Assembly: GCA_000004985.1 (NCBI GenBank)
Contig: GG738931.1
Direction: 5' to 3' (one strand)
DNA: 64,000 nt
Source of the DNA: Naegleria gruberi
Taxonomy: Eukaryota
Shown: one piece after another, positions 62,870 to 64,000 of the stretch
Numbering within the stretch: position 1 is the stretch's first letter
How the letters are laid out: every line of letters starts with the position of its first letter
Made by a program: the position numbers and the translations under genes
The notes under the pieces: model-generated
Database searches by the model: none
Told to the model about the DNA's origin: nothing
The model's input: only the letters and a program-made list of their open reading frames with translations

Positions 62870-63964
62870 ATGAAACTATTCGCCAAATCTTCCACACTTG
62901 ATCAAGCACCACTTGAAAGACTTTGTGATGATGAATTCCATAATATTTTTGAATATACAAACATCAAGGAGGATAGAGAAGCAAATTTTAACATTTCATT
63001 GGTGAACAAACGATTAAACAAATTGGCTTCCTCCGATTTGTATTGGAAATTCATTCTTCATCATTATCCTAATCAAGAGGAAATTAAGCAACTTTCTTCT
63101 CCTTTGAAATCCAATCTAATAGAAACAAGAAAGAAGAAATTCTTGAAATTCGATACTTCACTAATTCAATATTTATCAGCGCCTCCTTTTCTTTTATTTC
63201 TTTTACTGATTGCATTCTTATTTGTCATGTCAATAATTTTCATTCCAGTGGCATATTTCACTTTCAAAGATTTTGTCTGTTATAGAAAGTTAATTTCCAA
63301 ACAAACTATTCAATTATTTAACACTTCACCATTGAATGGAACTTGTGTTTATTGTAATGTTTCTAATAATGATCATTTGAATGAGAAATTGGATATTGTT
63401 GAGTGTAATTTCACAATGAGTGGAGATCCCCTTTCATATCCATGTTGCATGAAAGAGAAGAATTGCATCTATGACAAGTATCCACTCAACATGTCTTCTT
63501 TTCGATATGAAATACAGAGCTATGGAATTCAAAAAGGTAAAACCATGTTCAATTCCACCTATTTCTATGATTGCCTCGATATGGAATGTCAACCCAGCAA
63601 ATACCAAGATTATTACACATATTGCCTCTCTCAAAAAAAACCAGGTGAATTCGAAATAGATACAATATCATTACCTATCTTGTCATTCATAATGATTGGT
63701 TGTACTGTTGTCATTGTATTGATTCCATTTCTCGCTATTATTGCTCATTATTGTTTATTGCCATTTTCAAAGAGTTTGTTTTTTTGTTTGTATTGGAGAA
63801 GTTGTTTTTCAGAGGAAATTGACAAGACACATGTGAAATTGGACACAAGAAAACGAAATGGATGTTCATCTTTCTGGTTGAGTTTGTTTTTGTGGCATTT
63901 GAATATGGCAAATGTTTACATACGTATTGAAAAGGAAGAACAAACTTCAAAAGAAGAGATTTAG
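62870..63964 (+). CDS. Membrane protein with an F-box-like N-terminus, two hydrophobic segments and a Cys-rich ectodomain-like region (hypothetical)
   Basis: First true ATG at 62870, after an A-run. LERLCDDEFHNIFEYT...LVNKRLNKLASSDLYWKFIL is F-box-like. Hydrophobic segments LLFLLLIAFLFVMSIIFIPVAYF and ILSFIMIGCTVVIVLIPFLAIIAHYCLL. Confidence 0.45.
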   Translation: MKLFAKSSTLDQAPLERLCDDEFHNIFEYTNIKEDREANFNISLVNKRLNKLASSDLYWKFILHHYPNQEEIKQLSSPLKSNLIETRKKKFLKFDTSLIQYLSAPPFLLFLLLIAFLFVMSIIFIPVAYFTFKDFVCYRKLISKQTIQLFNTSPLNGTCVYCNVSNNDHLNEKLDIVECNFTMSGDPLSYPCCMKEKNCIYDKYPLNMSSFRYEIQSYGIQKGKTMFNSTYFYDCLDMECQPSKYQDYYTYCLSQKKPGEFEIDTISLPILSFIMIGCTVVIVLIPFLAIIAHYCLLPFSKSLFFCLYWRSCFSEEIDKTHVKLDTRKRNGCSSFWLSLFLWHLNMANVYIRIEKEEQTSKEEI

Positions 63965-64000
63965 AACAATTTCTTCACCAAGATTTCATATTTAAACTCA

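Noticed and set aside
1-64000. Prokaryotic-style interpretation (operons, CRISPR arrays, defence islands, alternative TTG/GTG starts reported by the ORF track)
   Set aside because: Spliceosomal introns, a tRNA intron, eukaryotic gene families (F-box, RGS, actin, ubiquitin, SH3), A-rich start contexts and monocistronic spacing show this is eukaryotic nuclear DNA. No direct-repeat/spacer arrays are present.

Overview
AT-rich eukaryotic nuclear DNA, not prokaryotic. Evidence: AT-rich intergenic DNA, A-runs before ATG, short AT-rich introns (about 40-170 nt, GTAAGT-like donors), a 14-nt intron in a tRNA-Tyr gene, poly-Q/N codon runs, standard stop codons, and three 50-N assembly gaps (7370..7419, 34064..34113, 60884..60933). 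Gene content (RGS, F-box/LRR, PhoPQ-related, Sel1, Ras-like, FEX) fits a dictyostelid-like amoebozoan or similar protist, but the taxon cannot be fixed from sequence alone. I support about 45 protein-coding genes on both strands and six Pol III-type loci. Coordinates are ORF-based because introns are present; exon boundaries are approximate. The Pol III loci are tRNA-Ala(UGC), two identical intron-containing tRNA-Tyr(GUA) genes in inverted orientation, a 5S rRNA gene, a truncated tRNA-Arg(UCU), and one aberrant tRNA-like element. Recognisable protein genes include: a Sel1-repeat protein, an S41 peptidase, a discoidin-like large protein, an adenylation-carrier-reductase enzyme, a two-domain CrcB/FEX fluoride exporter, RidA, a PhoPQ-related (PqaA-family) protein, a CPBP intramembrane protease, two F-box/LRR proteins, an actin-related protein, a PRXL2-like plus RGS fusion, palmitoyl-protein thioesterase, an FLVCR-like MFS transporter, a tandem Zn2Cys6 protein, a protein kinase, a secreted S9 peptidase, and an Abp1/drebrin-like ADF-H plus SH3 protein. 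Most notable: an intact Tnp2/KDZ-like transposase-like ORF beside tRNA-Ala. Also notable are the inverted tRNA-Tyr duplication bracketing a 5S/tRNA-fragment/ubiquitin-variant mini-cluster, several catalytically degenerate enzyme-like genes (two Ras-like pseudoGTPases, a dead USP), local segmental and tandem duplications, and two apparent frameshifts. No CRISPR arrays or prokaryotic operons are present.
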